The notes: a model not told the origin generated them from the letters alone. 63,113 nucleotides of DNA, filler included, from Intoshia linei (GCA_001642005.1; 9 parts of 9 records of this genome joined end to end with filler, not necessarily neighbours in it); one strand, 5' to 3'. Counted from the first letter of the whole stretch, positions 16,913 through 30,121 are shown. Translations and numbers: made by a program.

Positions 16913-17309
16913 CTAGGTTGACTTTTATGTATTACGTACAAACATTCTCACAGAACAATAAACACACAGAAATTCTAGGGGTGTTTTTATTAAAAAAAAG
17001 GGTAATTTGTGGTTTTGACCCTGAAGATATAATTTTTTTAAATTTAAATTAATAATAATGATTATCATTTTAAAATCCGTATGAGTATATATATTTTTTT
17101 AAATTTTCCAACTCGTTTGATTTTAAAAAAAAAAGACAATTGGGGTTTTTGACCCGTAAGATGTGAGTTTGGGAGGTTGAAATTTATTTTATTATCATCC
17201 CAGGAAAAACTTGTAATTGAAATATGGACTTTATAAAATTCTAAGACTGGTAGTTATTGAAATAAAGTGGAACACACAAAAAAATATAACGTTGCATATT
17301 ATTATCGGA
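16913..17309 (-). mobile_element. Internally deleted Helitron copy
   Basis: a|ctaggttgac...tacgtacaaac 3' end joined directly to the 5' body of the family. Confidence 0.65.
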
Positions 17310-17652
17310 TTTTATTTTGGTCATATTGGTCAAAAATTTTTTTAATATTTCAATTTTAAATTTTAACAAATAATATAAATGTGAATCGCATAAGTCATGT
17401 AGCATAACCATTCTATAACGTATAACAATAAAATATTGTAAATCAGATTACTAAAAGTTCCATCATATTGGAGACTGCCTATCGGCTATCAATCCAATTC
17501 TGATTCGCCTATAAATCATCATTTTTACAAATATATAATTTACAATCTTTACGAAAAAATTTCATCCGACCAAATGATAATAAGGTCGGATATAACTTTA
17601 TTTTTAATAATAAAGTTAATTTACGTGATAAATTGAAAAAACAAATAAAAAC

Positions 17653-18645
17653 CATTTTTGCAGCTGTTGCTTCTCCTTCAGCCCTCACGATTTTCTGTTG
17701 TTTTTCTTGTGTAGCCTTTTCTACAATAAATTGAGCACGTTGAACTTCTTGTCTAGCAACCTTAAACAATTATATAATCATTGAATCATTCACAAATTGT
17801 GAATGACAATTAATAAAAATCTTACGAGAAAAAACCAAAATTTTACGAAAAATTAATATTTTAAAAATAATATAATAAATAAAATAATTTTAAATCACTT
17901 TCCTCATCTCTGATATAAAGTACCTGTTTTTCTTCAATAGCACGGGTGTAATCATGACCAAAAGTCAGTTCAGTCACTGCAACATCATCAATTAAAATAT
18001 GAAAATATTCAGCCTTTTCACTCAATTCTTTTTTGATCAACTGACTTACGTGGGTTCTTTGTGTAATTAGTTGAGATGCATTAAATTTTGCAATAACGCT
18101 TTTTAATATCTAATTCTGAATTAAAATAACATTTAAATTAATATTACAAATTCAACTAACCTAATAAACCAACATACATAAAAAAATAGGTTAGAATTGC
18201 CGTAAAAATTTTTGAAAATCATATTTCAATTAGATATTTTACTTATTTATTGGTAGTACCAATTTGGTACTAATTGTTCATCGTTGTTGTCTATGTAAGG
18301 TTAATATATAAAAAATTGGACAGAATACTGATTAATGATCAGTGATCATGATGTACGGATCGCAATGAAATGAATAAATTTAGAACGGGACGGACGTATA
18401 AGATAAGTCAGATATCATGCCTGAATGTACGTTATTCAAACATACATTATGTACAATGTACATCTCGCGCATTATGGACAGAATGTGTCACAAAATACAA
18501 TGTATGAGATAAATGTATACCTCGTTACATATAGATGGAAAAACTTTTTCTTCCCAATTTGTTCCCAATAATTTATACATTTCTGGCAATTTTGATTCTC
18601 TTGGTCTAGCCAAAACACGCAATCCAATATTGATAATTTGTAAAT
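17653..18645 (-). CDS. PHB2: Prohibitin-2, internal exons 18645-18521, 18109-17924, 17760-17653; 5' end lost at the gap, 3' end unresolved
   Basis: [15 protein letters not shown]...[24 protein letters not shown]...[31 protein letters not shown]. Confidence 0.9.
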
Positions 18646-18952
18646 CTAATATGTATTGTAATAAATATTTGTAAATCAAAGTTATAATTATGGCAAACTC
18701 TTTATAACCTATAAAAAAAATTTGTAACTATTAACCTATAAAAAATTTATAAACTGTTTTTAGTAAAATTCATTCTTCATCGATTAACAAAAGTGACCAT
18801 TACGTGGAAAGTCATACAAATAAGACAAAGTATTATTTCATACTTTATTATGNNNNNNNNNNNNNNNNNNNNNNNNNNNNNNNNNNNNNNNNNNNNTTAA
18901 TTAATTAANNNNNNNNNNNNNNNNNNNNNNNNNNNNNNNNNNNNNNNNNNNN

Positions 18953-19950
18953 AGATGCAGAAATAACTACACTTTAAACTCTGGTAAAATAGAAGAAATA
19001 ACAACTGTTGTCACTACTTGCCCTTCAACATCCATACGAAGAATAAGCCAACAAACGAATTTATCAAAAACCATCATCCAAAGGGTTTTAAAAAACGAGA
19101 AATTTTTTCCTTACAAACTTAATGTGTCAAGAATTGAAACCTAACGATTATATTAATCAACTACATTTTTGTCATTGGTTTAAATCATTTTTGAGAGATA
19201 ATAATGATAACGACTCAGAAGATAATGTCTATTTTTCTGATGAATCGTGGGTCGAGTTAACAGGATATTAAAACAAACAAAGTAATAGATTATGGCTAAA
19301 AGAAAAAACCCACCATTTGCAATACATCCTTCCTCCACCCACAAAAAATTGGTATATGGTGTGCAATTTCAAAAAAAAAATCGTGGGACCTATTTTTTTA
19401 ATCCACAATAAACAGTGAATTGTATATTAATATTTTGGAGGAATTTTACAATTTATTAGACCCAATTGAACGTAAAAAAGTGTGGTTTCAACAAGATGGA
19501 GCAACATGTCATACTTTATTAATATCCATGAATTGGTTAAATCAAAAATTCGACCAAAAGATAATATCAAAAAGTTTATGGCCACTAAGGTCTCCTGATC
19601 TAACGCCATGTGATTTTTATTTGTAGGGAACAATAAAATCTAAAATTCATAAAAATTCACCTTCAAATATAGAATCCCTCAAAACCAATATCATCAACAG
19701 TATTAGCACTCAAGAATTATCCAATGTGCACAACATTTTACTTAAACGCATTGATTTATGTATCCAATCTGATGGTGGTCATTTTGAATATTTATTGTAA
19801 ATTAAATAATTTTAAGTTTCTAACGTTTTCTTAAATACTTTAGATAAATTACAAATATTTTAATTATCGAGCAAATTTAATTGTTACTAGTGAAAATGCT
19901 TTTTTGATAAACTTCTGATTTTTAAGTGCACTGTTTTAAATGGTACACTG
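18953..19950 (+). mobile_element. Degenerate Tc1/mariner-superfamily DDD transposase with right TIR
   Basis: FSDESW, WFQQDGATCH, WPLRSPDLTPCDF and GGHFEYLL motifs with stops and frameshifts; ends ...ggtacactg|TA. Confidence 0.88.
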
Positions 19951-20199
19951 TATAATATAGAAGCATTAAAAATTTTAGAGACCTTATTTAATTTTTAAAA
20001 AAATAATTAATGAAATAACACGAATATTAGATTGAAATATACAAATTTTAAACGCTTTCTACGTTTTGTAACGAAATTAGAAGCAGTAGAGAAATTGCTT
20101 TCATTTTGTGTTTACGTAGGTTGAACGGTCATAAGGGTTCTTTAATTTTAACAATCTTGATGATAGCGTTCCAGTTCGTAACAACTCATAATATTTTTC

Positions 20200-21705
20200 A
20201 AACTAATATAGGAAAAAGAGGATAATTCATTTAAGCGTCAGTAATTTGTGGTTGGAATAAAAGGATATTTTTCCATTAAGGGCTTGAAAATTAGATTTTT
20301 TATTTGTGGTTTGATGAAGTGGATTTTTTTCATAAGATTTCGTAAAATCGGATTTTTAAAAAAAGTATCGGTGTAAGTCAATTTTTCCATGAGGGAAATT
20401 GTATTTTTGATTAAATTTTATTAGTGGTGGGATTTTTGAAATGGTAAATTTTAAATATTATAATATAATCATATTTTCATAGTAGTAACAAACATAAATC
20501 AAATACATGTATGTTATATTTTTTTTCGGGAAATCCCGGGAATTTTGTCCCGGCACAATCACTAGCCATAGGTTGGCCACCCCTACCTTAAGTGTTTATA
20601 TTTTTTTCTTTTATACAACATATTCATCCATTGTGGTTGATTGCAGGTTAATAATTTATTGATATGAAATTTCTCACATAACTAAAAAATATAAAATATT
20701 AGATAGATGTGTTTCATATATATTAACTACTCGAGATAACTGAACGGTTATTATAATGAGATGACATTTCTTTATAGAATTAGATTTTGGATGCGTATAT
20801 TTGTAAAAAAATTATTTTATATATACAATGTAATGTGTTAGTAAATAAACTGTGTATCTTGTTTGTGAATGTTAAATTTATTATTCGTAAATTTTATTAA
20901 TCAGGTAAAAATTTCGAACAGGTTAGTTGGTTCTTCAGATTGATTTATTTTTATCTAGCACAAGTATACCTTTATTTTAAGATAATGATTTTCAACATTT
21001 TCATACACTCGCTAGGAAGACTTTTCGATTACAAACAGTAGTAATGTGGACTCTTTCTTTCGCTGTAAGATTACTTTTTTATATAATGTATTTTGGAGCA
21101 TTACCTTTTATTATCAGGTTTTATTTTGATATTCTTTATTGACATCATTTATAAGAATAAAAATTACTGGGAAGTACGAATTTAATATGAAATTACTCAT
21201 ACATTTAATACAGTGTTTACAGATTCAAATTGTGTACGGAGTCGGTAACTACTACTGTTTACTACGGACCCCCGTTTCATAATATTTATTTTTGACCCCA
21301 CAGAAAACATGAAATATAAAACATTTATGAAAAAATTAAAGGTTTTATCTCATAACATTTGGTAAAATCGTGTTTTTCAAAAAAATATTGGAAAAAGGGG
21401 ATTTGTCAATGAAGCGTTGTTAAAATTGAATTTTTTATTTTGGATTTTTGATTAGGTAATTATTTCTCATAAGATTTGGTAAAATTGAATTTCTCCAAAA
21501 ATATTTGGAAAAAGAGAATATTTTTCATTTACCGTAGTAAAATTGTTAGACCTTTTATTTTAGGGTTTGACTAAGTGGATTTTTTCCATATGGTTTGGTA
21601 TAATCGAATCTTTGAAAAGAATATCTGTAAAAGTCAATTTTTTCCTGAGAACTTGAAATGGTATTTTTTATCAAATTTTATTAATGGTGGGATTTTTGAA
21701 ATAAT
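20200..21705. repeat. Two copies (about 20200-20460 and 21330-21705) of a repeat built from ~118-nt degenerate units
   Basis: cataagatttggtaaaatcg...ggaaaaag units at about 21351, 21468, 21588 and 20331; both copies end ttttattaRtggtgggatttttgaaat. Confidence 0.6.
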
Positions 21706-21941
21706 AATGTAGCGGCCGTCTAGGCTTTGGGATAAATTCCAACATCTGGCAACTGTGGTAAATATTAAAAATGCTCCAGTAAATATAAACAAAAGCTAAC
21801 GAAAATTTTATATATTTTATTTGAATCTCACGGATCCCATTCGGCAACCACTGATGTAATAGTAAAAACTTACTTGGAACCTCAATTTTAGAAACATTGG
21901 ATTTTATTATATTATTTAATGATAATGATTATTATTTACTG

Positions 21942-22254
21942 CAGGGATCGGCAACCAGTGACCCACAGAATCATTTTGCTGGCCCTTTGAGTAAATATGT
22001 AAATTATATATTTTTCAAGTTTATATACTAACACCCATATAAAAATTTTCTACTATAATTATATATATTTATACAATTATAATTTTAATAGTGTATTTTA
22101 AGATCGCCCTGGCTTTTATTTTGTTGAATATATTATAACCACTTTACTTTAGTTAAAATTGAAATGTGTCATATCTAATTTTTAAAAACGGGGCCAGTAG
22201 AATGTTTTGATATAAAAAAGTGGTTCACGAGATGCAAAAGGTTTCTAATCCCTG
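21942..22254. mobile_element. hAT MITE family C (other copies 26601-26926 inverted, 32719-~32980)
   Basis: CAGGGATCGGCAACC...GGTTTCTAATCCCTG TIRs; three homologous copies, all intronic or gene-adjacent. Confidence 0.8.
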
Positions 22255-22389
22255 ATTTAGTTATATTATTTACTATATCGTTCATTATTAAAAATTACTC
22301 GTTTTTGTGACAATTTAGAACAATTATATATTCTTAATTTGCCACTGAATTGTAATTCTAATTAACAATTTTTATAAATTATATTCTAG

Positions 22390-22790
22390 CCATGGTTTTA
22401 ATTGGATGTGATGATGAATACGGACCAATGCTGTATAAAACGGATCCGGCTGGTTACTATACTGGTTACAACGCATTAGCCGCAGGTGATAAACAAATTG
22501 ACGCTACAAAATACCTTGAAAAAAAATATAAAGAAAAGGAAGAATACACACTGGACGAAGCAATAAAAGTAATTTCTTTCTATCTAAAATACTCATCATT
22601 TAGTTGTGTATCAATGCTCTCATAAATTCAGTAAACATCAACTTCAAATCGAAGCATTTAAGCGTTGGGTATGTCAAAAAAGATTCAATGTTTCAGTAAT
22701 AATATAATGATAGATTTTACACGATATCCTAGATATAAAACGGTTGAACAAATCGATGAATACTTGATATCAATATTTGAAAAAGATTAA
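22390..22790 (+). CDS. PSMA6: Proteasome subunit alpha type-6, last three exons; 5' part absent from this contig
   Basis: MVLIGCDDEYGPMLYKTDPAGYYTGY...YLEKK...EQIDEYLISIFEKD*; two short GT-AG introns. Confidence 0.88.
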
Positions 22791-22826
22791 AAAAAATGTT
22801 AATTTCAATAAATTTAATTTTACAAA

Positions 22827-23253
22827 TTATTCAGTCTTGGGCAAACTTTTGAATCCAGATCTAAATATAATGAACAAGTAATACATTTTTCAATATACCT
22901 AAATTTTCTGTGAACAATTTTAAGATATCTACATCTGCCTGTTCCAGTCGTTCGTCTTTTTTGTGCTTTCACAGATCCACCTAAAAACCAGTTAATAGAC
23001 TTGCCATTCAAATGTACTCAAACTTTTAATATTTGGATTTATACTAGAAGCAGGCTGATTAAATGAAATTACGATTTCTTAATCTTTTGGCTGGGTATCC
23101 GCAAGACGAACAAGTTTTCTTTTGGATATGGTACGACGAACGTCCGCATCTTCTGCAACCAGTATGGGTCTTGTTTTTCCTTTTACCAAAACTTGGGGTT
23201 CCTTTCGTCTAAAATCACGGCATATAAAATAGTTTTTATAATTATCTAACCAT
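22827..23253 (-). CDS. RPL37: 60S ribosomal protein L37 (eL37), exons 23253-23251, 23208-23073, 22980-22899, 22860-22827
   Basis: [40 protein letters not shown]...RRTTGTGR; ATG-only first coding exon. Confidence 0.96.
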
Positions 23254-23487
23254 TTTTTACAGCGATAATATAAAATATTGAGTTGACGAAATAAAGTTTA
23301 CCTTGTGTCAAGCATATATTAAAACTTTATTATTTAATGAATAAACTAATTTTTTTGTTAGTATTAACTTGACTGAGGTTACTAGCGAGCATTGCGAAAG
23401 TTTGACGGTGAAGACTTAATTACATTCAAGAATTATTGAAAATTAACATTTATTTACTATTAAGATTATTTACATCTAATTGTCATA

Positions 23488-25127
23488 TTAAGCTGTGTTT
23501 TCGTCAGACTTTTCTGTATTATCGATACTTTCACAGTCTTTAATACTAAAAAACAATATAAAATGAAAAAATAAAATATACTGCATCGGATCATCTTTCT
23601 TAGGTTCCAATTCATCAAATTCTTCCTTTTCGGTGCTAATATCTGAGCAAATAGATTCAATTTCCTCATCAGGAACAGTTTCTAAAAATTAAACATGTAA
23701 TTTAATTATTTGATAAAAATTACGTTTCTTATTCATGATAGAAACTGACATTCTCGCTTTCTTTGCCATAGGAAGCATTAATTCATCAGCAATTCTATTA
23801 GAATTTTCAATTTCAGGAATAGACAGAACATCATCACGACTTACGTGTCGATCTTGAGTAAACTGAGAGTTTCTAGAATCTGCGTTGGCTTCTTCGTCAA
23901 GGTCCTTTTCTATGCTGGGGTCAAAATGATCTGTTGGTATTTGTTTCATTTCTACATTTGGAGCATGCATAATATTCTTCATATTCTCACACAACTGTTC
24001 AGTAACTTTTCTGAGGTAATCTGGATTGTTTTGATTTGACATATTAGAAGGAGTAATGTGAAGTTTAAAATCTGGACCATAATATTCAAAGTAATCATTA
24101 TATGGTAATTCGTTTGAAATTTCAACGTCTAATGCTACAGCAGTTTCGTAAGCCCAACATCTAGCAACATTTCTAATTGTGTATCCACCCCCACCAAGAA
24201 TCAACATGGGTAAATTAAGCTTTGTTACAAATTCCACACATTTTCCGTGTCCTTTCAATGTAATATTGAAACACCCCAATCTATCGCCAGTTAAAGAATC
24301 AGCTCCGCACTGCAAAACTATTGCCTCAGGCTGATAAAATTCAACGACTTTATTGATTACTGGAACAAAAATTTTTTCATAAGATTCATCATCGATACCG
24401 TCATGTAAAGGAAAATTCAGAGAGTAGTTTTTACCTGGACCTGCTCCAATATCGCGCAGATCACCTGTTCCAGGAAAGTATTCGCCATATTTATGAAAAG
24501 AAACTGTCATTACACGGTCAGTAACATAAAATGCTTCTTCAACGCCATCTCCATGGTGAATATCAATATCGATATATAAAACGCGCTTATGACATTTCAA
24601 TAATTCCAAAATTGCCAAAACGATATCATTTATGTAACAAAATCCTGACGCTTCGCTTTTCTTAGAATGATGCAAACCTCCCATCCAATTGATTCCAATG
24701 TCAGATATTCCTTTATTAATGTTGTATGCTGCTGCAAGAGAACTACCAGCTGAAATTTGACAGAATTCGTAAAGCCCAGTAAAAACTGGACAGTCTTCAC
24801 CTACATTAAATCTCATCATCTGTTTGCTATTTTCAGGCATGTTATCTGGTTTAATATTTTGTAAAAATTTCACATATTCATCCGAATGGAATGCTCCAAT
24901 TGATTCAGCACTAGCCTTCATTGGCCTATAAACTTCCAAATTTTGATACAAACCATAATTTAAAATGAGATTATGTGCCATTCGTATTCTGTGAGGCTTC
25001 ATTGGGTGATTTTGGCCATAATAATAATTGCCAATGTCCTCTAAAAATCTATTAAATAGTATAATTGCAAAGTATTACGGTGATAGTAGTAGGAAATCTT
25101 TTTTCTGTATGTAGCTGAACCGGTCAT
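23488..25127 (-). CDS. HDAC1: Class I histone deacetylase HDAC1/2 (Rpd3), exons 25127-25079, 25040-23724, 23681-23582, 23545-23488
   Basis: [37 protein letters not shown] intact; acidic tail; introns 38, 42, 36 nt. Confidence 0.96.
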
Positions 25128-25742
25128 CTTAAAATTATTCTTAATTTAAAAATTTAAACAGTTTCAATTTCAAAAATAAATTTATGAATATTCTAGGAAA
25201 CACAAAATTACGGTTGTGTAGGTAATAATTTAAATTTTATGTATTCATTTCCAAAGAAATTATTATAAATGAATGTTATAATCGGTATAAATTTAACAAT
25301 TACACAAATTAATTGACTTAGATAATTGAGAATTTAACAACAAATTAATTAGTTAGATCATTAATTAATAATGATCAAAATAATAATAATAGACAAAAGA
25401 AAGACATTTGTTGTTGGTTCGATGATAATTACCGATTGTTTATTACAATTTTTAATTGTGAATCATAATTTCTGGCATATCGAAATAAATGTCCGTTGAA
25501 CTGTCTGAATAATGGAGTGTAAATAATTTTATCAGAATAATTTAATTTTACATTGTAATAAATCTCAAATGAAAAAAATTAATTGTAGCTGAATTCTATT
25601 CATAAACTGTACTTATACCGTTCCATATTAAAATAGTCTTAACCATAGCTATGCATAGGGTGAAAACCTAAAGTGAATTTCAAAATCAAATTAAGATTTA
25701 AAATTTTTATTTAAAAAGTTTACAGAATGATACTACAATGTA

Positions 25743-27109
25743 TTAATATTTTAATTTTTTTGCACTTTCCCATGTAAAACCACTTCTACCAAAATGACCA
25801 TATACAGCAGTTGTTTGATAAATTGGTTTGTCTAATTTTAATTCTCTAAAAGTAAAATTAATGATTATAATTTATAATCACAATTATATTTATAACAATT
25901 TTGATTTTTTCCAAGATTTTACAAAACAATAAATGATGCAAAAAAAGTCCTTATAAAATACAAAATATCCTAATAAAAATATATAGTAAAAATATGTTTG
26001 TAACCATTTATTTGCAAAACTGAGACTCCCAGAAATTCACAAAATACAAATTCCAACAGTTTTTTAAGAATGGAAATCTAATGTCTATCATTTTAAAGAA
26101 ATCAAATTTAATAGTTTTTCAAGGCTAAGGCATTTTTACAAATTTAATTATCTTACATTTGCATTTTCACGATGATAACCACAAATTAGCAATTCATTTA
26201 TAAAATCAAACCAAGTCTAATTATAATTAGTAGCAATCATTATTCGTACCATCATGGACAATGGATAATGTATTGTACATGACAGGGTTGACTCAAAATA
26301 TTTCGTAACCATTTTTGGAAGGGTGACAGAAATTATTATACTCCCATAGGCGTACCAAAAAATATTTAAAGATCACAGATATCTGATACGTATTATGGAA
26401 ATGAAGCAAATATTAAGTTATATTGAAGGTGAACTTACTCCGCAATTGCTCCCGGTCTTAAATCAAAATTATTTTTTATAATTTCAACAAGTTCAGAATC
26501 ATCTTTCATACTAGTATCGTAAGAATCAACAAATATTGCCAGTGGTTCAGAAATTCCAATTGCATATGATATCTAAAGTTCACATTATACCACTATACTA
26601 CAGGGATCGGAAACCTTTTGCATCTCATGGTTCACTTTTCTATATCAAAAAATTCCACGGACCCCGTTTTGAAAATGTAAACTGGATACATTTCAATTTT
26701 AATTAAAAAGAAAGGGTTCTAGTATATTCAACAAAATATAATCCAGGGCGATTTGAAAATTTTGTATTAAAATGATTATAATGAGCCAATTTTAATAGAA
26801 AATGTTCAAAACGGTGTTTAAAAGTTATAAAAATTAAAAATAAATAATTTACATATTTACTCAAAGGACCACTAAAATTATTCTGTGGTCACTTTTGGCT
26901 ACCAGGCCACTGGTTACCAATCTCTGATATACTATATACATCAGCTTATTTTAATTTTTTTCTATTGACTCTTTAAAAAATATAATAAACTATTATAATT
27001 ATAAAAGAAAGAATTTTAAAAATACTTGTACAAGAACTCGTCTACATAATTTCTCTTTCACTAAGGATTTTGCTATCCATCTTGCTGCGTATGCTCCGGA
27101 TCGGTCAAC
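25743..27109 (-). CDS. S-adenosylmethionine synthetase (MAT), last three exons 27109-27026, 26572-26439, 25845-25743
   Basis: [17 protein letters not shown]...[17 protein letters not shown]...FDLRPG/...TAVYGHFGR...WE; not in the ORF track. Confidence 0.93.
26601..26926. mobile_element. hAT MITE family C in a MAT intron
   Basis: CAGGGATCGGAAACC...GGTTACCAATCTCTG; 8-bp TSD ctatacta/atatacta. Confidence 0.8.
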
Positions 27110-27182
27110 CTAAATTAGGTTGAAATATCAACCATAACCATAATACTTCCCAAATTTTTGTTAAATAGAATTTTATAACGTA

Positions 27183-27420
27183 CTAGGTTGACTGTTATGT
27201 ACTACGTACAAACAGCACCTAGATCTGCCGAGAGCACATTTTTATTCAACCAAAAAAATAAATTCACGTTGAAAAATTTAAATTCAAAATCCTACTATTC
27301 ACTATAATCAATTCTTTAAAGGAGTGGTTCTCAAACTTGTTTCAGGTGGAACCGTTATATCACACTATTTTAAAGTGAATTATTCCATCTTAATTTTTTT
27401 GTTAACATTTGCTTAATTTT
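27183..27420 (-). mobile_element. Helitron 3' end fragment
   Basis: a|ctaggttgactgttatgtactacgtacaaacagcacctag matches the family terminus. Confidence 0.75.
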
Positions 27421-29439
27421 TTTTCTGTAATAATAATTGGTTGATTTTGAGATTCCTCAGTATACATTGAAACAACTGTTTCTTGAGATGATGAAATTAA
27501 ATTATATATTTCCATTAGAATTGGTAAAGTTTTGGTTGCCGGATAAGAGTAAAGACTTAATTTATTTGTTTTCTTCTTTTCAGAATACAGAAATAGCAGT
27601 CATTCGCACNNNNNNNNNNNNNNNNNNNNNNNNNNNNNNNNNNNNNNNNNNNNTTAATTAATTAANNNNNNNNNNNNNNNNNNNNNNNNNNNNNNNNNNN
27701 NNNNNNNNNAGGGTTTGATCAACGTTTCCGATGGTATGATGCTTTTTTGTTTAGAAAACGTGTCAGAAACATGATATTATGCTTCTACATTTTGTTACAT
27801 TGAGAAGAAATGATAAATTGTCAACTGTTCCACCTATATCGAAACGTCTTCTTTTTAGCTATAACTATCAGCGATAACTAACAGCGAGCGATAAATTCCA
27901 CACTGTCAGTGAGGTTTGAGTGTTTTATATTCTTATGATTACGTAGGAGGTTTAACTTTATGCTATTATTGCATAAAACGCCGAAAAGCAAATGCACTGA
28001 GGTTTTTCGGTTTCATCTGCATCATTACGACAGGTAAAACCAAATTCTAAGTAATTTTTATTTCATTGTCTTCTTTTAGACATCCTTAGAAAAGGTTAAA
28101 AACTCTATGATAATTTATATACCTTAAAAAATATTTATTCATATTCATATATTTATTCATATTTATTATTACACACATAAATATTCCTTATTTTAAGTTT
28201 TATTCATATTAATTTATTATGTAAAGGGACCGACACCATTATGATCGGAGCCTATGCGAATATTAAAATTATGTGTATTAAATATTGTATTGATTTAAAG
28301 TCTACGAAAGGAAGGTTTGGGGTACGGTAGATTCAGTTGGTATTAACCATAGAAACAAAAAAAATTTTAAGGTCAGATAAAGTTAGTAAATTTAATTTTT
28401 AGGTCAGTTTTTTTGTTATTCTATAGGTCAATAAAAAATTGCCATTAGTTATCAGTGATAACTTATTAATTACTATTCTAGATTAGACAGTAACTATAAT
28501 TCTAAAAATATCACCTTAAATTGTGTTGGACTCTAATAGAAACAAATATAATATCATAATATATTGCAATAGTTTAAATATTCAATGAAAAATTGAATAA
28601 CTTATAAAACCCCTGATTTTAGGACACTTTTCAAAAAATGGTGCCCCAATCCGAGGTCCGACTGTACTTGTTTTTATATTTATTTTACCTATTTGTGTTT
28701 TATATTCCGATCCTTTAATACTATTTTTCTTATCATTAATAGACAATAATTTGCGTGAGGAATTCATTAATAAATAATAAACTCAAAATTAAAACAATAT
28801 AACTAAGTTTCCAACAACGAGATTTCCAGAAACGAAACATGACGAGAACGAGATATCACTGTATAAACTTTGTGTTGTATAAAATAACAACTCATTTTTA
28901 CCGTCCACTGTAGACAGGTTTCATTGTATACAAAAACTGAGAAACATTTTTATTTGTAGTATGCTTAAAACGATTTAAGATTTATTTCTAGACAAGGGTA
29001 CCGGTGTCGTACTTAAAAAAGTCCGCTCTCTACATAGATGAGTACTGTTTGTACAAAATAATAGCAGTCAAGCTAGGTATAATATATACAAAGTATGTTT
29101 ATTTTAGTAAAAATTTTTTATTAATAGTCAAACTCGTCAATAATGAATTTTTTTAATAGTGTATGATTTTTTGTAAAATTGGGACTACGCTAGTGTAAAT
29201 ACACCTCGACAAAACGTTAGAACACCCTATAAAAATGCTATTAAAATTATTTTCTGGATAAAAATTAAAATAAAATTTAATAAATTTAGAAAATGTCACT
29301 TATCTATGACATATCAAAGTACACATTATTGTACAATATAATGATTAATATATAATATATATAATATATAAATTTAACATAATAATACATAATACAATGT
29401 ACAGATAGAATACACAATTTTTGATTATATGATATGATA

Positions 29440-29843
29440 TGATATGGTTAAAACCGTCTTTTATAAGTATATCAATTTTTACCTTTTCAGATGCATTTAA
29501 TTTTTTATTTAATGGCAACATATTGAAAAGAATGTGAATTAACATCTTTTGAAATTTACCTGTAAATCGGGTGACGTTTATATCTTTTGTGAATCAAAAT
29601 GTAAAATTATAGGGTGGTTTTTTCCAGTTAATTTTATTGTATAAAACTAAGATTAAGGTGACTAGGTAAACAATGTTTCTCAAAATTAGTTTTTACATCA
29701 AAATATGAATGTTACAATACCAATTATAATTATACGAATTTTGTACATTCAAATGCAATTTAAACCAGTGAAATATATAATAAATTATTTTTATTAATAA
29801 TGTGATAAAAATATAAGTGCCTTATAGTTTTTTTGCGCACGGT
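29440..29843 (-). mobile_element. Tc3/Tc1-like 5' remnant
   Basis: TA|CCGTGCGCAAAAAAACTATAAGGCAC terminus; LPLNKKLNASEKVKIDILIKDG resembles a transposase N-terminus. Confidence 0.45.
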
Positions 29844-30121
29844 AATATACATATAATTAATAATCATTGAGTATAATAAATTCACATAGTAAATATTATG
29901 CTTTTCATAACTGCCCGGCTATCTTCAATATTAATTGAAATGTTTATTTCGTCCGCCAATCAAATTAAGTCTGACACCTGTGATTAATAACCAAGGAATA
30001 AAACTGACTTTAGTTTTGAAAAAACGACTTAACGATATGAAAATGTGACGTTAATTATGATAAACGAGAAAGGTCTGTAGTGATAATAACGAAAAAATCA
30101 AATATATAAACTGTATTTAAA

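Noticed and set aside
23845-24039. Antisense ORFs (also 7616-7807, 19427-19633, 30597-30821, 42165-42398, 46885-47178, 54434-54628, 54759-55019, 57177-57371, 57565-57825)
   Set aside because: Shadow ORFs opposite real exons or a transposase
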